Assembly (NCBI GenBank): GCA_951406725.2
Contig: OX597824.1
Span: 6,758,001 to 6,822,000 of the forward strand
DNA from: Octopus vulgaris
Taxonomy: Eukaryota
Direction: 5' to 3'
Length of the DNA: 64,000 nucleotides
This document shows, one piece after another, positions 1-12,808 of this stretch. The notes below the pieces were generated by a model. It had not been told where the DNA came from and did no database searches. It was given only the letters and a program-made list of their open reading frames with translations. The first letter of the stretch is position 1. Each line of letters starts with the position of its first letter. A program made the position numbers and the translations under genes.

Positions 1-250
1 ATCGACTATGCTCGAATGGTGCTTTTTACGTGCCACTGGCACGAGAGCCAATCAGGTGGTACTGTCATCGGCCATAACAATGACTTCAACAAAAAATAAC
101 ATTATAAGCTTTTGCACACGCACACACACACACACACAATACATAGAATACTTTCAATATGAGAGACAATGCAAAACCAGGTACTTAAGGCCCACCGAGA
201 TGTGCGCTCAATGATGTAGTAAAAGGATGCCATAGATATTAGACAACTAA

Positions 251-299
<49 letters not shown>

Positions 300-1175
300 C
301 CCTGATGCAGTCCCAGGCATTGGCTCTCATGGCTTCTGATCTTAACTGATTGGAAGTGTTATCCTGTACATTGTTTTGTCTTGGTATAAAAGATGGGCAG
401 TAGACTTCCCTCTACTGCTACTGCATAACTGATGCAATCCAGTTGGTTGGCCTCAAGTAAGTTTCTGTCAACCTAATTTTACTGACAAGGCTTGATTCGA
501 CATTTTTAAAATGCTACATGGTGGAGGTGAAACCAGGACCTCCTGATTTTGAAACGAACTTCTTAACCATTCAGCAACCCTGTATACACACCACTAGAAA
601 TTTATATAAAGTGGATGAGACATCAATTACCACAGCAATTAGCAGTAGGATTTTGGATGGCAGGAACTAGATTACAACATGCAACATATTACGTAACCGT
701 TTCCATTAGAAAAATATCCAAGAATAGCTTCCTATAACTTCCTAGAAAAATAACCGAAACTATTTTCCTATGAACACCACATACACACACACACACACAC
801 AAAACAAACACACATGCATACACACACACAAACGCACACATGCAAACACATACACACATGCACATAGGCACACGTGCATACATGTGGGTGGAGGTGCTGG
901 CAGTGAAAATTTCTAAGAATATTAGCAAATGGGCAAACAAATACGACAGGATCAATATTTTAAGGTCAACATCAAAAGGCATGTTCAAAGACAAACCAAT
1001 ATATCAGCATTTCCATTTTATCGCAACATAGACTACAACACACACAACAGGGTAAATAGAATTTAGAATGCCATTAAAGTAGGCCCCCACCCGACCCCAC
1101 ACAACACATACATATATACATACATATATATATATATATATACAATATATACAACAGACATGCACACCCAAGTAC

Positions 1176-1207
<32 letters not shown>

Positions 1208-1317
1208 GTACGTGTATATATATATGTATGTATATATAAAATATATATATATATGTATGTATATATGTGTGTATATGTGTATATATATGTCAATTGCATT
1301 TCTCCATTTTCTTTAAA

Positions 1318-1359
<42 letters not shown>

Positions 1360-1384
1360 TTTTATGTATGTATATATATATGCA

Positions 1385-1436
<52 letters not shown>

Positions 1437-2165
1437 TATATATACACACATAATCTATGAGTTATATATGTGTATGTATGTATGTGTGTGTGTGTGTGTA
1501 TATATGTATATATGTATATATGTATACCCGCACACACACTTGCGCGCATGTGTGTGTGTGTATGTAGAAAGACAGAGAAAGAGAGCGAGAGGGGGGAGAG
1601 GGAGAGTAAGAATTGATGCAGGAATCGGATGCCTGTAGGACATCTTAGTTTGTTAGCACTGTAGTTTTACTGATATATTCCCTTAAATCATCATCATCAT
1701 CACCATCATCATCATACAGTGAATGTAAAATAATGTTAACATACATGAGGAAAGACAGAGAGGGAGAAGAGAAGAGAAAGAGAGAGCAGAGAAAAAGTGG
1801 TGGGGGGGGAGAGAAAGACAGAGGTGGGGGGACAGCAATAAAATGACAGAGGTGGGGGGACAGCAATAAAAGGTGTCTGATTTGTATAAGATGAATCTGA
1901 GTTCATATCTTGCTTGGTTATGGATTATGAAAAAGAATAAAAAAAGAAAATATACCAGTAATATAATGGGTTAAATTATTCACCACTTCAGAGAAGTTTC
2001 AATAATTTGTTGTATACATGTATACACTTGCGTTGAATGTAGGTGAATGCTTCATGATTGGTTCATTTCTTTAATCTTCACATGTCCTCTCCATTCACAG
2101 CCCAAGTTTTGCAACCATGTAGCACTTTATACATGCATACACTTGCATTGAATGTAAGTATACGA

Positions 2166-2880
2166 CCCTTTCGTTACCGGCTCTGGCCCTGTAGTACAAA
2201 TATCTTGTTGTCATAAGTTCTGAATTAAAATCTTCCACCAAACCTTAGTCACAATTTATATTCCTAACACTAGCTTAATGATAACGAAGTTATTTTACAA
2301 AATTCTTTGTTATATTTAAAACTAACTGAAAGAAACACAGCATCTCAACAGAAATATGGTAAGAAAAGGGTTAAGAAGAAAAATAATCAGCAGAAGACAT
2401 AAGAGAAGGAAACCTCAGTGTGGTCACTGTTTATGCTAGAAATAAAAGCCTAAATTTCCTTCAATCCACAACCTTCCAACTGCTTCTAATGTGCAACTGT
2501 TGAAATGTAGAGGTGTGTTTAACCTTTCAATAGCAACCTGCCTGAAACCGGCTCTGGCTCTGTTACATTTTAAAATTAATTGAAAGAAACACAGAGCCTC
2601 GAAAAAAGAAATATGGTAACGAAAGGGTTAAAATATATAACAGAGAAACAATTCTTAAACTTTTTGATACCAATCTGGCTGAAACCACCTCTGGCTCTGT
2701 AGTACAAATGTCTTGTTTTCAAAAGTTCTGAATTAAAATCTTCCACCAAACCTTAGTCACAATTTATGTTCCTAACACTAGCTTAATGATAAATAAGTTA
2801 TTTTATTAAATTCTTTGTTATATCTAAAATTAATTGAAAGAAATATACAGCATGTCAAAACAAATACAGTAACAAAAGGG
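2166..2880. mobile_element. Cluster of three piggyBac-type MITEs (2166-2370, 2523-2627 internally deleted, 2659-2880)
   Basis: Ends like CCCTTTCGTTACC...GGTAAC(G/A)AAAGGG, mostly flanked by TTAA. Shared ~200 bp internal sequence. Confidence 0.75.
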
Positions 2881-4296
2881 TTAACATCTACACATACATA
2901 CAGACACAGAGTTGTATAATCTGATCCTTTTGAAAGCAGCTTACGTAGAGACCACCCTTTGGGGCAAAGGTGCAAACTTTGTTTTTTTTTTAAAGTGTTT
3001 GAAATTAAATTTAATTAAATAATTTTGCCTTAAGTTGTTTTGGAGAGCAGAAATTAACATAAAACTTTGATGGAACTGTTTGAAATTCAAACTTTCCATC
3101 TAATTTATGCTCTTCAAAACACCCACTTAAAAGAAAGTTATTTTATTAGATTCTTCATTATTTAAAAAATTAATTTAATTCAAACAAAGGCATTATATCT
3201 CAGTTAGAATATGGTAAAGAAAAGCAAACACCATTGGATACAATTCCTCACAGTATTTGTTGCTGTGACTCTTTGCATTCTGAGGTCAATTTTGCTTTGG
3301 GGATTGGAGAGGGGCAGCAAAAAACCCAGGACAAATCTATGGAGTTGTTGGAATTTGTTAGAATATTTGATCAAATTCTTTGTAATTTTTGTTTTATATT
3401 TCTATTCTTTTATTTTTTATTTCTGTTCTTTTGTTTTTTTTTTATTTCTGTCAACAGAACTACATGCATATCTTTGTGCTAGAAGTGCAAAAGAATTTGG
3501 TGCCTGTTTGTTTTGTGTCATGTCTAATATATTCATAGAATTAGGTGCCATCTGCATCAAGCTGTCAATACATTATCCTATTTTAGACATCTGTACAAAA
3601 GTCAGTGAATAGGATAGAAATGACAATAATTCATGGAATTGAAACCATGGCAACCATAACATGTAATTTTGTTTGACAAGCACACGGTTCTAGCTCATTC
3701 CCGCTGTGTGACACTTCAAACAAGTGCTTTTTAACAGAGCCCTGGGTCAATCAAAGCCTTTTAAGTGGATCTAAAGTGAAACTAAAAGAAGCTTATTAAG
3801 TATGTACACACACAGACACACACACACACTCACACACATACACACACACACAATGGGCTCTGTAGAGGTGGCTTCTATCGAATTCATTTACAAGGTATTT
3901 GAGGACAGCAGATGGGACCTACCCAAGTTATCAGGCAAGGGACTTGCCAAGGAACCAGTAGGGAACAAGCACAAAATTGTGCGTTTGAGAAGCAAATGTT
4001 TTAACCACGTATCCATGAGGTGCCAGTAGAGTTGTCTTAGTACATGGAAGCGGTACAGAAGTCCATTGTGTGTGCACGTGTGTGTGTGTGAGCTTGCACC
4101 AGCCCAAAATCTGGTGTTGTTTGCATAGACTCAATCAATGTCATGTGACTTTGTACTTTGAGAGGCAGAGATGATCAGACAAGTACCAAACTGAGATAAG
4201 CACTAAGTTTTGTTTGACTATAAATCCTTAATGGAAGTGCCCCAGCATGGTGACAGCCCAATGATTACAATCAGTAAAACAATAAAAATGTGTGGA

Positions 4297-4384
<88 letters not shown>

Positions 4385-4391
<7 letters not shown>

Positions 4392-4590
4392 TAAAAAGCA
4401 CCATCCGATCGTGACCGTTTGCCAGCCTCGTCTGGCACGTAAAAAGCACCCACTACACTCTCGGAGTGGTCGGCATTATGAAGGGCATCCAGCCATAGAA
4501 ACACTGCCAGCTCAGACTGGGCCTGGTGCAGCCTCCTGGCTTCCCAGACCCCAGTTGAACCGTCCAACCCACACTAGCATGGAAAGCATG
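4385..4590 (+). mobile_element. RTE-type LINE 3' UTR fragment (family C)
   Basis: GGCACGTAAAAAGCACC units plus GAAGGGCATCCAGC...AGCATGGAAAG, as in the UTR attached to RTE coding sequence at 5590-6350. Confidence 0.65.
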
Positions 4591-5154
4591 ATATATTATT
4601 CAAAGGAATTCCAACTCTGTTTTTTATGTTTTATTTATATTCTTTATAATATTAATGTAGAATATAGAATATATAGTATAAATAATATATATATAGTAAA
4701 ATGAAATGAAGTATTGATTGTCTTATTGGATAGATGAAATGTTGAATATAAAATATTAAGGGACTAGTATACTTTCTTGCATTAAATATCTGACTACCTG
4801 AATGGTCCCTAAGCTTTCAGGCCTTCCATTTCCAGATTGGTTTGCACCTCTGAGACCTTCTAGCTTTAAGTCAAAAGTCATTAACTGCGACCCTATGTTA
4901 GGAAGTACATTCTTCACCAGAAAAGGGATATGCATTTACAAGCATCTGCCTACCCTATTGTACGTATGCATACATCTAGGTGTGGATGTGTGCATCAAGA
5001 CAAAAAAAAGGATATATATTATATATATATATATATATAGCAATAATAATTATTATTGCTGTCGAACAGATTTTCGAAATCAGTAAATGTATTTACTTGA
5101 AAATCCTTATATATATCTTGCACAGTTGGTCGTTCATCGAGAGGCGATGCCTAC

Positions 5155-5200
5155 CACACGTTGATAATAGGCAATACACCTTGAAACCTAGGTCCGTGTG
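5155..5200 (+). ncRNA. Degenerate minimal type-I hammerhead-like motif
   Basis: CACACG-TTGATAA-tAGG..CCTt-GAAA-CCTAGG-TC-CGTGTG. Perfect 6-bp stem I and palindromic stem III. The core differs from CUGAUGA by two transitions. Confidence 0.5.
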
Positions 5201-5589
5201 TGGTATCCGCTTCTTGGTGAGTGGTCTCCCTTTGCAAGACAGAGGACGCCGTGATGGCGTCAGGCCTATCTGGTGACGTTGATGTTCGCCTGGGGCTAAA
5301 TGCAACAGTGACACCCCCATCACCCTGCCCTGTCCCTAGCCATATTCGGTTGGCTAATATCCCTTATATATATATATATTATGGAGATGTACTTGCATAA
5401 CGAGTGACTTGATCTGAGATCGTGTGCTGGAACGAAAACAATTGCAGCGTGGAAGGTGTTTATAAGCCATTTAAGAAACACACAAAAACCGTTATATTCA
5501 CTTCAACATTTAAATTTAATTTGTCAAAATATTTTCGGCGCTTTGACGAAAATATATATATATATGTAATGTCAGTGTACCTACACGAT

Positions 5590-6349
5590 AGTGTGTAAGT
5601 GCCCTGAGAGGAAGGTTAGGCATAAGAAGCATCGGATGTGGCGTGCAAGAGAGACGTTTGTGTTGGTATGGTCATGTACTGCGGATGACGAGGCGAGTTG
5701 TGTGAAGAAGTGTCACTCCCAAACGGAGTAGAGGGAGACCCAGGAAGACATGGGATGAGGTGGTGAAGCATGACCTTCGAATGCTGGGTCTCATAGAGGC
5801 AATAATAAAAGATTGAGACCTCTGGAGAAATGCTGTGACTGAGAAGACCTGGCAAATAAAGTGAGTTCACAGCTGTAACCTACACCAGTGTCGCATAACC
5901 AGCCCACTCAAAAGTAGCTTGGATCGTAGGGTGACCTGCTGTGCTTGAGGAGACTTATTGAGTCAAGTACATCAACATCAACATCAATATCAAAATCAAA
6001 TCAAATGGAAATAGTAGTTGTGACCTCCGTGCAGGTAGCATGTAAAAAAGCACCATCCGAACATGACCGATGCCAGTGCCGCTTTGACTGGCTTCCATGC
6101 TGGTGGCACGTAAAAAGCACCATCTGATCATGGTCGATGACAACTCCTCTGACCCCTGTGCTGGTGGTACATAAAAAGCACCCACTACACTCATGGAGTG
6201 GTTGGTGTTAGGAAAGGCATCCAGCTGTAAAACACTGCCATATCAGATTGGGGCTTTGTGCAGCCTTCTGGCTTCCCAGACCCCAGTCAAACCGTCCAAC
6301 CCATGCCAGCATGGAAAACGGAAATTAAACGAAGATGATGATGATGATG
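5590..6349 (+). mobile_element. 5'-truncated RTE-clade LINE: decayed ORF C-terminus plus 3' UTR with (GAT)n tail
   Basis: Broken translation GVQERRLCWYGHVLRM...RGRPRKTWDEVVKHDL...DLWRNAV is the typical RTE C-terminus. The UTR ends in GATGATGAT. Confidence 0.8.
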
Positions 6350-6883
6350 TATATATTACTTCACGTACACATACACACACACATATATATAATACACAAA
6401 CACAGAATAAAAACTCATCAAGCAGAAAGTTGTGTCTCATTTATCATAAACCTGTAACAAATCACTAGGAAGTGGGGTGGGGGAGGAAATATTATCAAAG
6501 GCATAACTGATTCATAACAATTCCTAATAAGGCACAAATGCATACACAGGCACAAAACACACACACACACACACACACACAGAGAAACACACAACACACA
6601 CATACATATGTTAATATTCAAACGAGAGTATTCGTGTGGCAACCATGTTGCTAATGAAGTGATACATCAGTTAAATTTTCACAATTAAACATTAGCAGAA
6701 CAAATTAAAATAAATGCCATGATTTAGAAGAGGGAATCTACACATTAGACATTTTCTTACATCATTTAAATATCCAAAAATGCAAAAACAAAAGACAAAC
6801 AAACAAAAGAAACAACAGATCAAAAATAATGCATGGCTTAATAATAAAGACTGTATTAAACTTTCCTTTTTAATTTCGCTCTA

Positions 6884-6943
<60 letters not shown>

Positions 6944-7167
6944 AGTGTAGGTATGTATGTATTAATATTGAAAGTTAAAAGAATTTATTATTAAAATGTC
7001 ATATTAAAAACCTCTTCAGGATGAGAATAGGCTTCATACAATATACATTCAGATAAACACATTTGTAATTATTTGTAGCACGCAATGTTTTTACAGATAT
7101 TTGTATTCACCGCCGGCCCCATAAAGTAATCGTTAAAAGTCAAATAATTTATTGAAATTAAATCTTT

Positions 7168-7206
<39 letters not shown>

Positions 7207-7922
7207 GCAGACTGATGCAGGGATATCAGAGGAATCTTCAGGATATCGAGTTGCTTTCAAAAACTGGTGATTTATATATTCCACCTTCACATGACAGAAC
7301 GGTAAGATGGGAGATGATGGGAAGATGTGATACGCAGTAAGATGGAATCACAAATGGAAAACGGTTTGACTGAATGTTACTACTTTTGTTCGTGGCTGTT
7401 TAGTGTTTATTGGTGCAAGCATGGCTTTGGAGGTTCAAACTCACTGCATGGCACCTCGGACAACCATCATATACTACAACCACAGGCAAACCAAAGCCTT
7501 GGAGTAGATTTGGTAAGCAGAAACTGAAAGAAGCCTGTTTGCTGTTTGTTTGTTTCTTTCTATGTATGTATGTATGTATTATGTATGTATGTGTGTGTGT
7601 GTATGTACGCGTGTGTATGTATGTATGTATGCATGTGTGTGTATGTATGTACATATGTATATGTGTGTGTATCTTTGTGTCAGTGTCTGTTCTCCTACTG
7701 CTTGACAACGAATGATGGTTTGTTTACATCCCTACAACTTAGCAGTTTGCCAAAAGAAACTTATAGAATAATTACCAGACTTTTAAAAAAGTATTGGGGT
7801 TGATTTATTTGACTAAAGATTCTTCAAGACAGTGCCCCAGCATGGCAACAGTCCAAGGACTGCAACAAGAAATTGACAAAAGACAGAGATCTCTATATAT
7901 ATATCTATAAGTGTTTATAAGG

Positions 7923-7953
<31 letters not shown>

Positions 7954-8062
7954 GCATTGTTTTGTACTTCAGAAGTTCCCTTAACAAACATGTGATTCCA
8001 GGGTCCATCCTGCGGCACAATGCAAATGTCTTCTACAGTAAATTCAGGCAAACAATTGGCCT

Positions 8063-8324
8063 GTGAATGAATTTTGTACATTATTTACATTATTTACACT
8101 TGATGGATATTTGTCCTCATCTGGTTTGTTGTTAACACAATGTTTCGGCTGACATACCCTCCAGCCTTCATCAGGTGTCTTGGGGAAATTTCCAACCTGG
8201 GTTCTCATTCCTAAGGTATTTTTCGATGTTGTTATTATTATTATTATTATTGTTATTATTCCGGTCACTGCCTGGAGTCGAACTCGGAATCTTGGGGTTA
8301 GTAGCCCGTGCTCTTAACCACTAC
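8063..8324 (-). mobile_element. tRNA-headed, HHR-tailed SINE-like element, copy 1 (HHR 8134-8179)
   Basis: Minus strand: TAGTGGTTAAGAGC...GAGTTCGACTCC head, then (AAT)n, then GACAC-CTGATGA-A-GGCTG..CAGCC-GAAA-CATT-GTGTT, then an (AAATAATGT)n tail. Confidence 0.75.
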
Positions 8325-8332
8325 ACCCACAG

Positions 8333-8345
8333 GCAGGTAGTGACG

Positions 8346-8407
<62 letters not shown>

Positions 8408-8597
8408 AATAATAACAATAATAATAATAATAATAATTATAATAATACCTTAAGAATGAGAACCCAGATTCAAAATTTCCCCAAGACACCTGATGAAGGC
8501 TGGAGGGTATATTAGTCGAAATGTTGTGTTAACAACAAACAAGGTGAGGACAAATATCCGTCAAATGTAAATAATGTAAATAATGCACATAATGTAC
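8333..8597 (+). mobile_element. HHR-tailed SINE-like element, copy 2 (head-truncated; HHR 8485-8530), inverted against copy 1
   Basis: (AAT)n, then GACAC-CTGATGA-A-GGCTG..TAGTC-GAAA-TGTT-GTGTT and the same tail. Confidence 0.75.
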
Positions 8598-9213
8598 TAA
8601 TAGGTATGCTGCAAAAATTGCTTGAATTTTTCCAATTAGTATGGGAGACAATGCTGGACATGTTTCAAACTTCGAGTGGCCTTCTCAGCAAAGTGTTGTA
8701 TTCATTAAATTACTTTCACCGATACTGAAATTAATGATGTAAGAATCATTAACTAGATGTACGAGGCTGTAAATTGATTGGCATGACCAAAATTAGGATC
8801 ATTTGTCAGTCTAACCGATTCGTTGGAAGTTGAAAGCAACAACAACAACAAAACAATATCTGTTAAAAATGGAAGTGCATGACAAACGGTCGGTCACACT
8901 TGTAGAACATTCATGGAACTGTATCGTTTGACAGAGATCTGATATTGTTATCAAACAAAGGGAAAAACATGGGAAAAAGGAAATCTGATATTTTGTGCAA
9001 AAAAAAAAAAACAGATGCAGAAAAAAAACAGGTGAAACTAGATAAACTAAATAAATTAGTACCACATAGTAACGAATGTCGTTAACTCGTTCATTATGCC
9101 ATGAGACAATGAGGGAGACCATTATGTGGATGCTCAGTTTGCTAGAAATACCAGTCAAATCATCCTCAAATCACACCCTACTAAATCAAAAGAAAATAAA
9201 ATATTAAGTAATC

Positions 9214-9399
9214 TACATTATTTACATTATTTACATTTGATGGATATTTGTCCTCACCTTGTTTGTTATTAACACAACATTTCAGCTGATATACCCTTTA
9301 GCCTTCATCAGGTGTCTTGGGGAAATTTTGAACCTGGGTTCTCATTCGTAAGGTATTTTTCAATGTTATTATTAGTATTATTACTATTATTATTATTAC

Positions 9400-9430
<31 letters not shown>

Positions 9431-9505
9431 ATCACTGCCTGGAAGCGAACTTGGAATCTTGGGGTTAGTAGCCTGTGCTCTTAACCACAAGACCATATGC
9501 CCATA
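9214..9505 (-). mobile_element. HHR-tailed SINE-like element, copy 3 (HHR 9271-9316)
   Basis: Same head, (AAT)n, HHR and tail sequence on the minus strand. Confidence 0.75.
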
Positions 9506-10359
9506 TTAGAACTGTATTAGGTAATCTAATCATAGTTACCGAAGAAAGCAGAGCAAATGTGGCTGTGTGTTTAAGAATTTTGCTCCGTAATCACACAGTC
9601 TGGGTTGCAGTCCCACTGTACAGTACAACACTTTTGCCAAGTATCTGGGGTTTATAACTCAGCACTGACTAATGCTTTGTGAGTAAATTTGGTACACAGA
9701 AAGTGTACTACGCCCATCATGTTTATGTGTGTGTGTCTTTGTGCGTGAGTGTACGCAGGCATGCACATACTTGTATTTGTCTTTGTGTGAACATTCACCC
9801 AGGTAGCAAGACAAAAGGGTAACGCTGTTAGTAGGAGAGGTGAGGAAGGTAAAGGAGGACGATGAAATAGCGTGATTGAATGAATTAAGGAAAGTTAAGA
9901 GAAGTTAAAATATATTTAGTTAAAAGAAGATGAAAGAAGTTACATTATTTACACAGAGGCAAATCAAACCCTACTGTTCTGAGAAGGAAACAAAAAAGAA
10001 AGAAAAAAGGGTCACATTGAATAAGGTAATCTATATATATCGTCATCATCATCATCATCATCATCATCATTTAATGTCCACTTTTCAACCTGGAATGGGT
10101 TGGATGGTTTGACTGAGAACTGGCAAGCTGGGAGGCTGCACCAGACCCCAATCTGATTTGGCAAGGTTCCTACAGCTGGATACCCAATTATAGAGACTGC
10201 TTTCTTGTATACGAGCAAAGGCATTGCTAGAAAGAATCACTGAACTGAGTCATTGATGATGCAATGTGAGTCCCTTGTATGAGTCTTGAGCCTGGTGAAA
10301 GTTTTGCACATTTTTATCAAACAGTTGTGTGCACAGTTTGTTTTGGCTGGCAGAAGGTA

Positions 10360-10445
10360 CAGGTGCCACAGTATGAAATCTTTTGATATGTTTCTTTAAT
10401 CCTCCAATGGCACACCTTCCCACAGGTTGCACATTTTCTGTTGTG
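10360..10445 (-). pseudogene. Frameshifted C2H2-like zinc finger remnant, probably from a LINE ORF
   Basis: Minus strand reads KCATCGKVC, then in a shifted frame GGLKKHIKRFH (C-x2-C...H-x4-H). Confidence 0.35.
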
Positions 10446-10490
10446 AACAACAGCCATATCACAATTTACACACATACACATCTATATCTT

Positions 10491-10549
<59 letters not shown>

Positions 10550-11436
10550 TATATACATATCTATCTATCTGTCTGTCGTTCTGTCTGCCTATCTATGTAT
10601 CTATCTATCTATTGATCTATCTCTCCATCTATCTATCTACCTATGTAACTATCTACCCGTCCGTCCGTCCATCCATCCATCTATCTATATATCCATCCAT
10701 CAATCCGTCTGTCTATCTGTCTGTCTGTCTGTCTATCTATCTATTCATCTATCTATCTATCTATCTCTTCATGCACACACATACACACATACACACACAG
10801 GATAGCAATGGGTGCAACATTTTTGCTGACAAGGGTCTGCTCATTCAAAGAAGACCTAGGAATAGACTTCAACAAGAACATTTGATTGGTTTATGTAATA
10901 GGTTAAAAAACATAACTTATATAAGCTTGAAATTTTAAATGTGCAAACAAGCTACGGCACAGCAAACATATACAAAATGCAGTTTGAAACATAGGGTAGG
11001 TTTTAAACCCCACTTTTTTTTAACTTGCACCCTGTGTTTGATGTTTCTCTGTTTTCTGCAATAACCAGCTATTCTTTGAAAAGATTAACATTTTACAAAA
11101 TATATCTTTGCCAACATATTTTGATAATGTAATACAAAAAAAAAAGTGGGGAGTAAAAAGTGTTTTTATTTTAAAATACAGATGTGGATGTATATATGTA
11201 TATATATGCATGAAGGAAAATACACAAGTGTATTTGGTATGCATTTACTATACTCATTGATTTGTATTTTAAAATATTGAAAAGTATCTGGAAACCACTC
11301 TTTCTCTCTCCCACAAACATTCATTGTCATTGATATTCAATGTTGCTGGAATATTTCAACTGCCTGGAGAACCATGCAAGGCGGAGAATGGTAAAGACAA
11401 CAATTAGATATTTGAATTAAGAACAGAAATATTGCT

Positions 11437-11765
11437 GTAAATATTATTTGCCAACATAACCTGGCAGTCCTGGTTTAGGACGAATGTTGCTGTAATTTAG
11501 CCCCAAGAGACATTGTCTCCAGCTGGCTACACGACATGATCTGTGTCCTTATATTTTCAAACAGGGAATCTAGCACCCTTGTTCAAAAATATAAGGACAC
11601 AGATCATGTTGTACAGCTAGCTGGAGACGATGTCCCCTGGGGCTAAATTACAGCAACATTCATCCTAAACCAGGACTGCCATGTTATGTTGGCAAATAAT
11701 CTTTACTACAAAGTCCTGTTGGTGAATATCTCCCGTTGTGTGATTTAAAAAAAGTAATTTTCTAA
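11437..11765. mobile_element. Fold-back element, copy A (about 125-bp inverted arms, 11437-11706)
   Basis: TATTTGCCAACATAAC...GTGTCCTTATATTTT and AAAATATAAGGACAC...GTTATGTTGGCAAATA are reverse complements. Same family at 11939 and 23086. Confidence 0.8.
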
Positions 11766-11938
11766 AGAAATATTGCTGTCTGTTTGCACATACACTAGGA
11801 AAACCAACAAAATTTGCTTGTCATGAGCTACTTTGATACACGGGGAAGAAAACCAAATCTTCAAGATGCTTGGCTGAAGATGGCTTTGAAGTCCAGTGGA
11901 TGGGCTCATGGATAATGTGGGATCAACGAAACTTTGGA

Positions 11939-12260
11939 GTAAATATTATTTCCCAGCATAAAATGGCAGTCCTGGTTTAGGACGAATGTTGCTGTAATTT
12001 AGCCAAACAATTATTCTGTGCAGATGAAGGGAAATAACCCGGAAATCGCAATACACAGATATTGTTTTGTACTGAGTGGGGGTGCTAGATTCCCTTGTTC
12101 GAAAATATAAGGACACAAATCATGTTGTATAGCCAGCTGGAGACGATGTCTCCTGGGGCTAAATTACAGCAACATAAGTCCTAAACAAGGACTGCCATGT
12201 TATGTTGGCAAATAATCTTTACTACAGAGTACTGTTGCTGAATATCTCACACTGTGAGAG
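11939..12260 (+). mobile_element. Fold-back element, copy B, containing an HHR-like motif (12015-12059)
   Basis: Short inverted left arm, then TCTGTG-CAGATGA-A-GGG-AAATAA-CCC-G-GAAA-TCGCAA-TA-CACAGA, then the full right arm. Confidence 0.65.
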
Positions 12261-12650
12261 TAACAAATAGAAATTTTCAATGAAACTTGTTTTACGTCAA
12301 CAAACAGACTGCATACCATTAATGGAAACTTCATGCTTCCCAAGCCTGGAACAGAACGATGAAACTGAAGATGGACTGGAAAAAGTAAGTCGGTTGTCAT
12401 GGAAATTCCTCTGTCGTGATACGTCAAAATAAGCTTTGTAATTTTTTACCAAAAACTTTCTGCATGAAATTTAACTTGGAAACGTTTGGCGTTTGGTATG
12501 GAAATGTTGAGTATTGATGACTTGGGTGTTTATAGACACTGAACTGTCATAATTAATAGACACAGCTTCCAGCAAGAATGATTTTGAAGATTCCATCACA
12601 AGATATTAGAGATCAAAGGAAAATGTTATTACTACTATTATTGCTGTTGC

Positions 12651-12701
<51 letters not shown>

Positions 12702-12777
12702 CATTATTATTATTATTATTATTATTATCATTATAATTATTATTATTATTACTATTATTATTATTATTGTCATCATC

Positions 12778-12808
<31 letters not shown>

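Noticed and set aside
8641-8705. Minus-strand FAEKA, resembling the expected MON2 PFAE motif
   Set aside because: In-frame stops lie immediately upstream and there is no further similarity or splice site.
9312-9509. Recurrent ORF MSWGNFEPGFSF... (also 8298, 46897, 55440)
   Set aside because: Antisense reading of the HHR-SINE through (TTA)n. It recurs because the element does.
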